A stretch of 63,609 bases of DNA, counting the filler, from Reclinomonas americana ATCC 50394 (lineage: Eukaryota): NCBI GenBank assembly GCA_048213135.1. It is 7 parts of 5 records of this genome, joined end to end, with 100 filler letters (N's around TTAATTAATTAA, not from the genome) between each part and the next. Parts side by side here need not be neighbours in the genome. Positions count along the whole stretch, not along the records: positions 12,367 to 23,142 come from PS015515.1; positions 23,243 to 44,897 come from PS015516.1; 5 more parts are not named here. One strand, 5' to 3'. The notes below the pieces were generated by a model. That model did no database searches. It saw only the letters and a list, made by a program, of their open reading frames with translations, and was not told where the DNA came from. Positions 13,469 through 25,979 of the stretch are shown piece after piece. Made by a program: the position numbers and the translations under genes. How positions within the stretch are numbered: the first letter of the stretch is position 1; each line of letters begins with the position of its first letter.

Positions 13469-14386
13469 CTGCGCGACAACGAGGGAGTGAGACAATGGTC
13501 GAGGAGAGAGAGAGAGAGAGAGAGAGGAGGGAGGGGGAGGGGGGGGGAGGGGGGGGGGAGGGGAGAGAGAACGNNNNNNNNNNNNNNNNNNNNNNNNNNN
13601 NNNNNNNNNNNNNNNNNNNNNNNNNNNNNNNNNNNNNNNNNNNNNNNNNNNNNNNNNNNNNNNNNNNNNNNNNNNNNNNNNNNNNNNNNNNNNNNNNNNN
13701 NNNNNNNNNNNNNNNNNNNNNNNNNNNNNNNNNNNNNNNNNNNNNNNNNNNNNNNNNNNNNNNNNNNNNNNNNNNNNNNNNNNNNNNNNNNNNNNNNNNN
13801 NNNNNNNNNNNNNNNNNNNNNNNNNNNNNNNNNNNNNNNNNNNNNNNNNNNNNNNNNNNNNNNNNNNNNNNNNNNNNNNNNNNNNNNNNNNNNNNNNNNN
13901 NNNNNNNNNNNNNNNNNNNNNNNNNNNNNNNNNNNNNNNNNNNNNNNNNNNNNNNNNNNNNNNNNNNNNNNNNNNNNNNNNNNNNNNNNNNNNNNNNNNN
14001 NNNNNNNNNNNNNNNNNNNNNNNNNNNNNNNNNNNNNNNNNNNNNNNNNNNNNNNNNNNNNNNNNNNNNNNNNNNNNNNNNNNNNNNNNNNNNNNNNNNN
14101 NNNNNNNNNNNNNNNNNNNNNNNNNNNNNNNNNNNNNNNNNNNNNNNNNNNNNNGAAGAAGAAGAAGAGGAAGAAGAAGAAGAACAAGATGAAGAACAAG
14201 AACAACAGCAGCAGCAGCAGCAACGTTTATAGCAACAAGACGAAGAAGAAGAACATGAACAACAACACGAGCAACAACAACAACACACCAGCAACAGCTT
14301 TACTTGCAAGCAAACGAGAACGTCGCTGCTTGCATCAGGAAACACCAACAAACAAGTAACAACCGCGTCGTACTTCATCTTTACGT

Positions 14387-15503
14387 TCACCACCCAGGCG
14401 CCCGCCGTTCAATCACCTCTGCATCCTCCAACACGAAGCACCGCAGCACGACATCCACTAGTATCCAGTCGCGTTGGTCGTCCTCGTCAACCAGTTCATT
14501 GACGGCCATCACGGCCGACCGCGCAGCGGCGACCTCCTGCCCGGCCAGTGCGCGCGGTGTGGACCACACTCGAATGGTCTCGTCATCACTCCCACTCACG
14601 ATGCGCTGACCCTCGTGAGTGACAGCGACAGACTGCACCGCATTGGTGTGTCCTTCCAGCCGTCGCACCTCTTCCCCACTTGCCAGCGACCACACGCGCA
14701 CCGTCCGATCCTGGCTCCCACTCACCACATGCAGACCATCCGGAGTGACAGCGACTGACAACACCAAACCATTGTGACCCTCCAACCGTCGCACTTCTTC
14801 CCCACTCGCCAGCGCCCACACTCGCAGCGTCCTATCTCCACTCCCGCTTACAATGTATTGCCTGTCGGGAGTGACGGCAACAGACACTACGCTGCTGGAG
14901 TGCCCCTCCATCTGTCGTACCTCTTCTCCGCTCGCCAATGACCACACTCTCACAGTCTTGTCCGCACTCCCGCTCACGACATAAAGCCCGTCGTAAGAAA
15001 CAGCAACAGACCACACCCAGCCTCTGTGCCCGTGCAACTCTCGCACCTGCTCTCCACTCGCCAGTGACCAAACTCGCACCGTCGCATCGGAACCACCGCT
15101 CACAATGAACTTACTGTCGGGAGTGACAGCGACAGACAACACAATACCAGCAGGCCCCTCCAGCCGTCGCACTTCTTCACCACTCGCCAGTGACCACACT
15201 CGCACAGTGCTGTCCACACTCCCACTCACAATGTGTTGTCCATCGGGAGTGACGGCGACACATCGAACCATTTCCTCGTGCCCTTCCAGCCGTCGCTCTT
15301 CTTCTCCGCTTTCCACGCACCACACTCTCACAGTGCTGTCATAGCCGCCACTCACGATGCGCTGACAATCAGGCGTGACGGCGACACATAACACCGAGTC
15401 GACGTGCCCACGCAAAATCTGCGCCACGCACTCACACTAAGGCGCACCGGCTGTAGTCAGAAACACGTATGAAACTCACGCACGAGCGCACCTTGGAGGA
15501 CAT
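14387..15503 (-). CDS. Stand-alone 7-bladed WD40 repeat protein (copy 1)
   Basis: Exon 1 MSSK (15492-15503), a 73-nt GT-AG intron, then seven 42-aa repeats LEGHxxxVxSVAVTPDGxxIVSGSxDxTVRVW and a ~55-aa tail. Confidence 0.92.
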
Positions 15504-15786
15504 CTTGGTTCTTGTGTTTGTGCTTGCGTGTGAGAACGCTTGTGTATGAGTGTATGACTCGCATAAATTGGATTGTCTCCTGCGTCTCCCGCACTTTTCC
15601 GCTCAGTCATTCGTGAGCAACGTGTGCGCCAGAGAGAAGGGGGGAAAGACGGATGAAGCTCCTCATGGGAGGGTGCTGAACTTGGGCTGGATGAAGAGAA
15701 AGGGATCGAGTTGCTTTGGTTGCAGTTCGGCACAATTCCTGCCCATTCCTCTCTCATCCTTCCGCATCACTCCTCCATCTTTACGT

Positions 15787-16821
15787 TCACCACCCAGGCG
15801 CCCGCCGTTCAATCACCTCTGCATCCTCCAACACAAAACACCGCAGCACGACATCCACCAGGATCCAGTCGTGGTCGTCTTCTTCTTCGGCGATCAGCTC
15901 ATTGACGGCCACCACGGCCGACCGCGCAGCGGCGACCTCCTGCCCGGCGAGTCCGCGCGGTGAGGACCACATTCGTACAGTCATGTCATGGCCACCACTC
16001 ACGATGCGCTGTCCATCGCAAGTGACAGCGACAGACTGCACCGAATTCGTGTGTCCCTCCAACCGTTGCAACTCTTCTCCGCTCGCCAGGGACCACACTC
16101 TCACAGTCTTGTCCGCACTTCCACTCACCACATGCTGACCGTCGGGAGTGACAGCGACAGTCCACACCGGTTGAGTGTGCCCCTCCAGTCGCCGCACTTC
16201 TTCTCCAGACGCCAGCGCCCACACTCGCACTGTCTCATCGTTGCTTCCACTCACGACGTGTTGACCATCGAGTGTGGCGGCAACAGATAGCACCCAATTA
16301 GTGTGTCCATTCAACCGTTGCACTTGTTCACCAGTCGCCAAACGCCACACACGAACAGTGTGATCCCAACTGCCACTCACAATGTGCTGCCCGTCAGATA
16401 CGATGGCAACAGAAGACACCCAATTGGTGTGTCCCTCCATCAACTGCACCTGCTTTCCACTCGCCAGTGACCACACTCTCACAGTCCCGTCATAACTGCC
16501 GCTCACGACGTGTAGCCCGTCGGGAGTGACGGCGACAGACATCACACCACCAGTGTGCCCCTCCAGCTGTCGCACTTCTTCACCACTCGCCAGAGACCAC
16601 ACCCGCGCAATCAAGTCTTTGCCGCCACTCACAGCGACCTGACTGTCGGGAGTGACGGCAACACATCGCACGAATTCCTTGTGTCCCCTCAACTGTCGCA
16701 CTTCTTCTCCACTTGTCAAGCACCGCACTCGCAATATCTCGTCATGACCGCCACTCAAAACGAGTCGACCGTCGGGTGTGACGGCGACACAATACACAGC
16801 AAATGGGTGCGTCCCCAAGAT
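15787..16821 (-). CDS. WD40 repeat protein (copy 2, tandem paralog); start exon not identified
   Basis: Seven WD40 repeats follow a ttgcag acceptor. The C-terminal tail and 3' flank are near-identical to copy 1, offset by 1400 nt. Confidence 0.9.
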   Translation of the reverse strand: MLGTHPFAVYCVAVTPDGRLVLSGGHDEILRVRCLTSGEEVRQLRGHKEFVRCVAVTPDSQVAVSGGKDLIARVWSLASGEEVRQLEGHTGGVMSVAVTPDGLHVVSGSYDGTVRVWSLASGKQVQLMEGHTNWVSSVAIVSDGQHIVSGSWDHTVRVWRLATGEQVQRLNGHTNWVLSVAATLDGQHVVSGSNDETVRVWALASGEEVRRLEGHTQPVWTVAVTPDGQHVVSGSADKTVRVWSLASGEELQRLEGHTNSVQSVAVTCDGQRIVSGGHDMTVRMWSSPRGLAGQEVAAARSAVVAVNELIAEEEDDHDWILVDVVLRCFVLEDAEVIERRAPGW

Positions 16822-16863
16822 CTGCAACCAACTTGCTGTGTGAGTTTGTTGCGCAATGGACAC

Positions 16864-16906
<43 letters not shown>

Positions 16907-17581
16907 AGAGAGAGAAGCAGTGTAAAGGGAAAGGGAATGGGTGAATGGGCGTGAGACTGACGAGAGGGCGTGGTGTCTCTTAATATATACATGTGTGTGT
17001 AGTGTGTGTGGTGAGTGATGGCAGCAGGTGAGTCAGCGAGTGAGTCAGTGAGCACGACAGGAAGTAAGCCATTGAATGAGTGGTGTCTCTCAAGGTGTGT
17101 ATGTGTGTCTATGCATGCCTCTCTCTCTCACACACACACTATTCTCTTTCATTCTCATGTGCACTGTCTTTCACGCACTCACTCACTCACTCATTCGCTT
17201 GGTAGACGGCGAAACACCTGCATGTCCTTACTCTCTCACTCACTCACCCTTCACTTCCTTTCTCTCTCCTTCACACTCACTCACTCTCTCCCTCTCACAC
17301 TCACTCAAACTCACTCACTCTGCACTTTCTTTCTCTCGCTCTTCTTCTTCAGACTCACTCACTCACTCTCTCTCCCTCTCACTCACTCTGCACTTCCTTT
17401 CTCTCGCTCTTCTTCTTCACGTTCACTCGCTCTCTTCTCTCACTCTCACTCTCTCACACTCACACTCACTCAAACTCACTCACTCTTCACTTCCTTTCTC
17501 TCGCTCATCTCCCTCACACTCACTCTGCACTTCTTTTCTCTCGCTCTTCTTCTTCACACTCGTTCACCCTTCTCTCCCCCA

Positions 17582-17613
<32 letters not shown>

Positions 17614-17692
17614 CTTTGCTGTCATCGCGTGACAAGTGCGTTTGATTGCTCGTTGTCCTGTCAGACAGACACTCACTTTCCTTCTCCCCTCC

Positions 17693-19153
17693 ATGGCCAG
17701 TACTCGCATCAAACCCTGGGAACGCGACAATCGCCTCCTCCTCTCCTCCTCCTCCTCCTCCTCCTCCTCCTCTCACCATCGCCGACCGCACTCCGTTCTC
17801 CCGCCCACCGCACACCAACTTCGCACCAACAGCAGCACAATGCCGAACATTGATCATCGCGACTTGAGCGCTCCTCAACGCCGCTTTCGCTCAGTCCGCG
17901 ATGAGTTTCATAGCCGATACGGAAGCACCAATGCTCCTTCCACGACCACAGCACCTCCTCCTCCTGTTGCGATGACTGGAGGCCGAAAACCTGTAATGGT
18001 TCCGGCATTGGACGCGCAGTTGCAAGGACACGAGGGCGCAGTGGAGGTCTCGCCACCTGCTGTACAGTTGACGCAGGCTACTAGGCGACTCGCGGGCACT
18101 GCAGCAGCAGCAGCAGAGGAGGAGCGCGTTGGTGATGCACGGGTGGTGCTGGAGCTGGCCGCTGCAGCGCACATGGAGCGACAAAAGATGGAGGAACGGT
18201 GCTTTTTCTTGTCTCCGCATGCTTGTTTGCCTGTGTCTCAAGCCTCAACTTGCAGGCATCGCCGACTGGCCATTCGTGAGGCCTTTCACCGGCTGCAGCT
18301 CGAGTATATGCCCAACGTGCAGCGATGGCGATGGTTGACGGTGCTGGCCAGCGTGCGCGAGGAAACGGCCGTGGAGCACTTTGTGGCGTTTGTGCGCGAG
18401 CGCCCGCTCCTGGCGCACTACCTGCTCGAGGCGGCGATGCAGTCGGTGGAGCTGTGCGTCGACGGGTATGCGCTGCTTGCGGAGATGCGCGGGGAGGAGT
18501 GGCGGCTGGGCGAGGTGGCGGTCTGTGATGCGCTGTTGCGAGTTATGGTTGATGCGGCTGGTGCGGCGGCAGTCGTGTCGCGTGCGCTGCTGCCCAATGA
18601 GGAGCAGTCGGAGCGGCGTGCGCAGCGTCGGCGGGCCATTCGCGAGGCCGAGGAGCAGTGGGAGGCGGAGTGCGAGGTGTGGCCGACGCGCTCCACGTTG
18701 GAGCACATGGCGCGGTATGCGCGGCAAGAGCACGAGTGGCGTGCGCTGGAGGAGACGGTGCGGCGCACGGGTATGCCGGTGGAGCAGTTTCGCGAGATGG
18801 TGGAGCAGGAGATTCGCCGCGGCACCGAGGCCGCGCGACGCATGTGGCGTGTGGTGGAGGGGGAGCGCGCGACGTTTTCGTTTGCCACCCAGCCGCCGCG
18901 CGTCGAGTTGGACAGCGAGCTGATGAGTGGCGTGCACACGGTGTCGCTGGCGGTGGCCGAGCAGTGCAATGTGGCCGAGGACTGGGTGCTGGCGGCGTTC
19001 ACGGTCGCCGAGGTGCGCGAGCTGTATGCCGGGCTTCTTGGTGGCAATTGTGTGCGAGAACAAGTGCACCAGCGACTTGGGTTGGTGGAGGCGGCGCGAT
19101 TTGCGCGGTGGTATTTGGAGGAGGCGGTGGGCCCGCCCATGTTGCCGAGGAGG
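17693..19153 (+). CDS. Hypothetical alpha-helical protein, large exon (continues after a gtgagt donor at 19154)
   Basis: About 490 codons open with strong GC3 bias; no family recognised. Confidence 0.65.
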
Positions 19154-19229
19154 GTGAGTGAAAGGGGGAAGGGATGGGCGAGGGAGGAGAGAGAGGAGAA
19201 GGGGCGGGAAGGGAGGGAAAGGAGGTGTC

Positions 19230-19690
19230 GCCGCATGACTTGCACACTTTCTCTCACCTTTTTGTGTTTCGACACGATCTCGGGGGGGAAGGGAGGGTTA
19301 CCACACGCTGCGTGGCTTGCACACTTTCTTTTCATCTTCTTGTGTTTCAACACGCTCTCGGTGGAAGGGGAAGGGGAAGGGAGGCTCACCAACGTGGCAG
19401 CATGACTTGCATACTTTGTTCTCTCATGTTTTTGTGTTTCAACACACTCTCGGTGGAAGGGGAGGCTCGCCAACCTCGCTGCGTGACTTGTTTCTCTCAT
19501 CTTTTTGTGCTCAGCACGATCTCTGTGAAAGGGAAAGGGAGAAAGGAGGCTCGCCGACCGCGCCGCTTGCCTTGCACACTCTCTCCTACTCTTTCTGTGT
19601 TTCAACACGCTCTTGGTGGAAGGGGAAATGGAGAAAGGAGGCTCGCCGACCGCGCCGCTTGCCTTGCACACTTTCTCTTCCCTTTTTTGT
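19230..19690. repeat. Intronic tandem repeat, ~100-125 nt unit
   Basis: Recurring CTTGCACACTTTCT...TGTGTTTCAACACGCTCTCGGTGGAAGGGGA...GGAGGCTCGCC, about 5 copies. Confidence 0.75.
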
Positions 19691-20176
19691 GATCGGAAGG
19701 GGGCGAGGTCAGGCACGCCGTTGCGAAGAGACAAGAGATGGAAGTGCGCAAGTGCAGATACTGTGGGCAGAGGATTGAGCCGAGATCGATGGTGGCCTGT
19801 GCAGTGTTGTTTCGTGTGCATTCACGTTCTCTCATTGCGCCCTCTGCGCACCAGGTACCCTCGGCTGGCGGTGCAGGGGCTCCGCAATCTGTTTTGTGAA
19901 CTCCCAAGACGCGTACCGAAGATGCCGGGCGCTCGAAGCGGTTCCCCTCGGCTGGAATCGTGAAGGCCACAAGCGGATCCCCACTGCCAGTGGCTTGTTC
20001 TGAAGGGCCTTTGAATCATGATTACACGGGCCACTCATCGCGCTTGTTGACGCGCGCATCTCATCCCCCCCTTTTTTTTTCCTTTGGGACTTCAGTTTAC
20101 TGCCTCGGGAGACTTCTCTAACAACACACAAAAAGAAGGCCAGGATGTGGTGGCGACTTGTCAGTCGTCAACACGC

Positions 20177-20779
20177 TCAGAAGTAGGCGATCTCGTCGTC
20201 AGCACTGCGGCGTGAGAGAGTGAGTGAGCACGAGAAGAGAAGGTGGGGGGTGAATGACAAGATCTCCACGCAACGACTTGCCAGCCTGCAGCGAGTGCAG
20301 CGAGTGCGCACCGCCGAAATCGCGGAACACGCGCAGGTGCAGGTGATCGGCACCAGTGTTCACCTTGATGAAGAACTGTGCGCTAGAGAATGTGAGTGAC
20401 GGGCACGACGAGAGGGAGATGAGCAGCGTGTCAACACAAAACGTTGGTGCCAGCGACCTGCAAAAGCACAAGGTAAGATATGAGAGGACAAACGAATGCA
20501 GAGGCACGTGGCGGGTAAGAGGCGAACCACTTGCGACGTGTACGAGACCGGCTCGTACTTCTCGAAAGCGTGGCCAGCCTGGGCCTCAGCCTGTGGGGTA
20601 CGGAGCGGGGTGAATGAGAAAAGGAGGTGGGGAAGGAAGGGAGAAAGGGCGAAGGAAGAAGAGGAGGAGGCGGACAAGGGGCAAGTGGGGTACACAACAC
20701 ACCTCGTGGCGCACTGCCTCCGCGGCCGCACGAGCGGCATCATCAATGGGCTTGGCCTCGCTAACTCCTCCGGCGCGCT
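20177..20779 (-). CDS. Type-1 cystatin (stefin, cystatin A/B-like); start exon not seen
   Basis: Spliced product RAGGVSEAKPID...EKYEPVSYTSQV|VAGTN|FFIKVNTGADHLHLRVF...KSADDEIAYF* contains the N-terminal GG and the QVVAG motif. Confidence 0.92.
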
Positions 20780-21006
20780 CTGCAACAAAGAGAGAAGAGT
20801 GAGAAGAGGCACACACAGAGATAGAGAGAGAGCAGGAGAGAGATAGGGAATGAGAGAGGGAGGAGAAAGAGAGAAGAGGCAGACTGGGAAAGCAAGAGTG
20901 GCAAAGAGAAGAGGGGGAGGGGCACAGAGAGAGAGAGAGAGAGAGAGAGCAAAGTGAGGATGAGAAAGGATAGGGTAAAGACAGGGAGAATGAGGTACAA
21001 AGAGAG

Positions 21007-21060
<54 letters not shown>

Positions 21061-21387
21061 GAGAGAGAGAGAGAGAGAGAGAGAGACGAACGTAAGTTAC
21101 GTAACGTAAACTAACTTACTACTACAACGTAATAGTGACAGAGAGAGAGAGAGAGAGAGAGAAGAGAGACNNNNNNNNNNNNNNNNNNNNNNNNNNNNNN
21201 NNNNNNNNNNNNNNNNNNNNNNNNNNNNNNNNNNNNNNNNNNNNNNNNNNNNNNNNNNNNNNNNNNNNNNNNNNNNNNNNNNNNNNNNNNNNNNAGAGAG
21301 AGAGGAGGGAGAGAAGAGAGAGGCAGTGAGAGGAATGCACGGAAAATTATTCCGCAAAAAATTCTTCTCACAAAGTTACATGTGCAC

Positions 21388-21422
<35 letters not shown>

Positions 21423-23186
21423 CAGAGAGACAGAGAGACAGAGAGACAGAGAGAAAAAGAAAGAGAGAATGCGTGAGTGAGAGCAATTCTCCGTGTGAGA
21501 ATGTTGTTTGTTGTCTGAGAACAACAAGTGTATGCAACATGAAAGTTGTGTGCTGGACATGAGAGTCAATGCCAGTGTGTACATGAGAGAGAGAGAGATG
21601 CTCACACACACAAAAGAGAGAGAGGGAGTAAAAAGCGGAGGAATTGCACAACAAAAAGTGCAAGATTCCTCTCACTTTTTCCTCGTCAAACACAGAGTGA
21701 GAGAGTGAGAGAGAAGAAGGCACAGGAGAGAAAGGTAATGTGTGTGTAAGTAAGAGTGCGAGAAGTTGGCAAAGAGACGCAACGCATGATCTTTGCTCTC
21801 GAGTGATTACAAAACGGGATGAAACCGGTTATGGGACGCGCAGGACTATTGTGTGAGCTTACACAAGCATGCAAGAGACGCGATTGATTCTGAATCAGTG
21901 TCGTTTGCTGCCAAAGTTCGTTGGAGATGCACGGCAAATCTTCGTAGGCGAAAATCAATATTCGAGCACGCATCGGAAATGCAGCTGGGGAACGTCGTGT
22001 CGCAGCTGTCAACAACAAGATGCAGCAGCAATCCCAGCACACCTCCCAATGTACGTAAGCTTGGTGAGTTCAGCTTCTCTTTATCTCGAGCCTTGTTCGC
22101 GACAACAACCGATATCGAACACGCATGCTCTCCAGCCCCTCTCCTTGGCTTGAAAGCTGTGGCCTGGTGAAACGAGGGTCGAGAGAGAGCCCCTCGTCGC
22201 GTTCGTGTCTGCCGCCTTCACATGACCGAACGACTAATACATCCCCAATATGGCGAGCAGCACGGATATCGTGGATATCTCTCTCAAGTTTGTTCAAAGT
22301 TTCTCACGCAGCATGCGAGCCAGTGTAATAGTTGTCGTTGCGTTATCACACTATCTTGCGCACACAAGCACACACACAAAGAGAGAAGAGAGAGAGCAAA
22401 CTCAAAGGAGAAAAAGAGAGAGAGAGAGACAGTGTGTGTGTGTGTGTGTGATCTGTCACTCTCTGAGTCTGTGCGTGTGCATCCGCTCTTCCTCTGTGCA
22501 TCTCTCTCTCTCTCTCTGCGAGGAGAATCAGAGACGAAGACTAGCTTCCTTTGACTGAGTGTAGGAGAGAGAGAATGTGTCTCTGCATCTCCTCTCACTG
22601 CACGGTGAGTCGGAGATGAAACTCTGCACACTTTGACTGAGTGGGAGAGTGTGTGTGAATGTGTCTATGTGACTGTTGTGCGCGTTCCTCCTGCCTGAGT
22701 GTCCATTGCTGATTGCAAGTGCGAGCTCTTTGCACTTACTCAGCCAATGAGTGAGAAACGATGTCAGGATGCAGCACCCTCTCTTGCCTCTCACTCGCCC
22801 TTCCTCCCTTCTCCTCCTCACAGCTCCTCTCTCTGCTCGCATGTGTAATCCTCGCCCATGCCACTCTCGACCTCGACCTTGCCGACGATCTGAGCTCGAC
22901 TCTCGACGAACTTCTGACAGAAACCAGTGCCAGTGACGATGCTAATGATGCGGAAGACGAGGTCGTCGATGTACCACTGGTGGAAATGGAAGTGATTCGC
23001 AAGCCAACTCTCGGCTACGTTGCGTGATGGGAGACCACCCGTTGTCTATCCCCCCTCACCTTCCCCCCTCACCTTCCCCCTTACCCCCTTCCCCCCATCC
23101 TTCCCCCTCCCCAGGAATGGGAGTTCCATTGCGGCAGCGGCGNNNNNNNNNNNNNNNNNNNNNNNNNNNNNNNNNNNNNNNNNNNN

Positions 23187-23198
23187 TTAATTAATTAA
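23187..23198. other. Artificial scaffold-joining linker
   Basis: TTAATTAATTAA within an N spacer. Confidence 0.97.
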
Positions 23199-23359
23199 NN
23201 NNNNNNNNNNNNNNNNNNNNNNNNNNNNNNNNNNNNNNNNNNAGGGCGAAGGGGGGAAGGGGGGAAAGGATTAGTATGGCAGTGCCCTGGTGCAGAAGAT
23301 TTCTCCGACTGCTTATGTGCGTGGGGAGAGGGGGGAGGGAGAAGGAGAGAGGGAGAGAG

Positions 23360-23724
23360 AGCTCGGGAAGCACCAAACCCTTCACAGCCGTCCACTTGGC
23401 ATCGTCGTCGAACTCAATGGGACCTGCGCGCTCACGGGAAGTCAGTTTTTTTTTACCTGTGGGTGCAGCGATGCAACGTTGCTCACCAGTCACCACTTCC
23501 AGCACACATCCCAACTGCCTGTCGGCCCACCCCTGTGCGTTGCCCGGCGGCAACCGTGCGTCGCAGTCGTCGCGAGTGATGGAGACGGTGGGGAACCTGT
23601 CGTTGTAGACCTTGCCCATGGAGGTGATCAGCATGTCGGTGTCGCCGGGCCAGACGGCGCTGAGGTTGTTGTTGGCGGGGTCGTCCCTGCGTGCCAGTGC
23701 GACGCCGTAGCGGTTGTAGGTGGG
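23360..23724 (-). CDS. Hypothetical protein fragment
   Basis: Open frame PTYNRYGVALARRDDPANNNLSAVWPGDTDMLITSMGKVYNDRFP...; coding-like GC3, truncated by a gap. Confidence 0.45.
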
Positions 23725-24341
23725 NNNNNNNNNNNNNNNNNNNNNNNNNNNNNNNNNNNNNNNNNNNNNNNNNNNNNNNNNNNNNNNNNNNNNNNNNNNN
23801 NNNNNNNNNNNNNNNNNNNNNNNNNNNNNNNNNNNNNNNNNNNNNNNNNNNNNNNNNNNNNNNNNNNNNNNNNNNNNNNNNNNNNNNNNNNNNNNNNNNN
23901 NNNNNNNNNNNNNNNNNNNNNNNNNNNNNNNNNNNNNNNNNNNNNNNNNNNNNNNNNNNNNNNNNNNNNNNNNNNNNNNNNNNNNNNNNNNNNNNNNNNN
24001 NNNNNNNNNNNNNNNNNNNNNNNNNNNNNNNNNNNNNNNNNNNNNNNNNNNNNNNNNNNNNNNNNNNNNNNNNNNNNNNNNNNNNNNNNNNNNNNNNNNN
24101 NNNNNNNNNNNNNNNNNNNNNNNNNNNNNNNNNNNNNNNNNNNNNNNNNNNNNNNNNNNNNNNNNNNNNNNNNNNNNNNNNNNNNNNNNNNNNNNNNNNN
24201 NNNNNNNNNNNNNNNNNNNNNNNNNNNNNNNNNNNNNNNNNNNNNNNNNNNNNNNNNNNNNNNNNNNNNNNNNNNNNNNNNNNNNNNNNNNNTCCCCCCT
24301 TCCCCCCTTCGCCCTCCCCTCCTCATCTTACCCTCTCGCAG

Positions 24342-25591
24342 ATTTTGTCAACAATTTCAACGTCGCCGCCATTACCGCGCTCAAGGCCGACACGCACCCG
24401 ACTGTCCGCATTGCGCGTTTCGATCGTGCGTTCTTGTTTCCTCGCCCTTCAGCCCTCCGTGCGTCTCTCACCTCCGCGCCCCCAGCGATCCAACGAGAGA
24501 TGCGTCGTCGAGGTGCCCGTCAACTCAACCTCCTGCCGAGCACATACACTGACGAGCGCCGCAACGGCAATGTGATGTACGCCCCCGTTGTGCTCCGCGC
24601 TCGAGCGGAGCTCACCAACGCCTTCCGATCGAAGGTGCCGCAGATCAACTTTCCGGTCAAGCTGAAGCTGGTGGTCACCAAAGCCACCATTCTCAACTTG
24701 ATTCTGCGCCCGCCGCCCAACCAGCCCGACCACGTGGTGGGCACGGTGCCGACGGCTCTGCGTGCCGTGCAGGGAGGCGACACGGTGCAGGCGGCGACAC
24801 TGCGCGCCAATGTTGTCCGCGACTGGCTTCGTCAGCACGTGACGCGCCGAACGAGTTTGCTGCGGGCGCCGGAACCCGTGCTCTCCATCTCCGACGCCTC
24901 CGACGCCAATGCGCAGGGTGCCTTTGTGCTTCTCGGCGCCACCATCTGTCGTCTGTCGCACAGCATTGTCCGGCGCGCCGCCAACAACAACCAGTATGTG
25001 ATCAACACGTGGAAGGCTGAGGACGTACTCGGAGGCGCCTACTACAAGCCAGCCTGGAAGCTGCTGCCCAAGATGCGTTTCCGCGACATTTTCACCGCCC
25101 GCGCCAACAACCTCCTCGTGCTGCCGTCCACCTTTCAAGTCGGCGGCGCCTACTGGCAGGCCATCACCACCACCTCGTTTGGGTCGAATCGACGTGTGGT
25201 CAGCGACGCGGTCGCCACGGCGTTTGTGTCCGGTTTTTGTGGCGGCAACAACTTCAACGTGGACGCCGCCAAGAAGCTCGCCAAGGAGGCACTCACGTTG
25301 GTGTTTGCGCCCATCGATATCCACGCACCCAACGATCAATTCCGCCCGGCGCCGCGCTCGGTGCCGCTCATGCAGCTGGACAACGACATGAGCGTGCTGA
25401 TGGAGTACCGCGTGGGCGAGACCGACAACCGTCTCGATCGCAGTGTGTTGCACGTGGACGTGAACGGCAACACCACGTACGCACCGGCGGCGCCGTGCGG
25501 CAATCGCCAGTGCACCGAGAAGCACGTGCGGCATCTCTTTGCGCGTCTCGGTCAGCTGGGCGACTTTGCCATGGGCAATGTGCCGGATTAG
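24342..25591 (+). CDS. Hypothetical protein, uninterrupted ~416-codon terminal exon
   Basis: Polypyrimidine tract plus CAG acceptor at 24339-24341, strong codon bias, stop at 25591; no family recognised. Confidence 0.75.
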
Positions 25592-25979
25592 AAAGGGGGG
25601 AATGAAGGGGAAAACGATCAAATCGCAGTCAGCAAGTATGTCACGAAAGTGACACAATTCGAAGTGAGGCACAGCGGTGATCCTTAAGATTATGTGATGG
25701 GCGCGAAGCCGGTCAGCCACAGCAAGAACAGCATATCCGCAGCGACATGTCGCGATGGCTCCGACATGCGAGATTAAACAGAGTGCACAGAGAGAGAGCG
25801 CGCAGAAAGAATGAATGTAGAGAGACAGATGAGAATAAAGCAGGAGAGCGAGAGAGAGAGAGAGAGGAGATCACGGCGAATCAGCAAAGCAAACAGGGGG
25901 ATCCACAGAGAGCAATGTGTGAGCAGGCAAACAAGGAGCACGAGAGGTCACTGGCTGTACTTTTTCAACACCATCAACA

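Noticed and set aside
14155..14300. Poly-K/N/E/Q ORFs
   Set aside because: Trinucleotide (GAA/CAA/CAG) microsatellite at a gap edge with no supporting gene structure.
21850..23142. Possible coding exons (acidic LDLADDLSSTLDELL... segment)
   Set aside because: No coherent spliced model or family could be built, so it is left uncalled.
24449..25720. 423-aa antisense ORF (also 18418-19821 and ORFs antisense to the WD40 genes)
   Set aside because: Shadow ORFs expected opposite GC3-rich coding sequence, with no protein-like signal.
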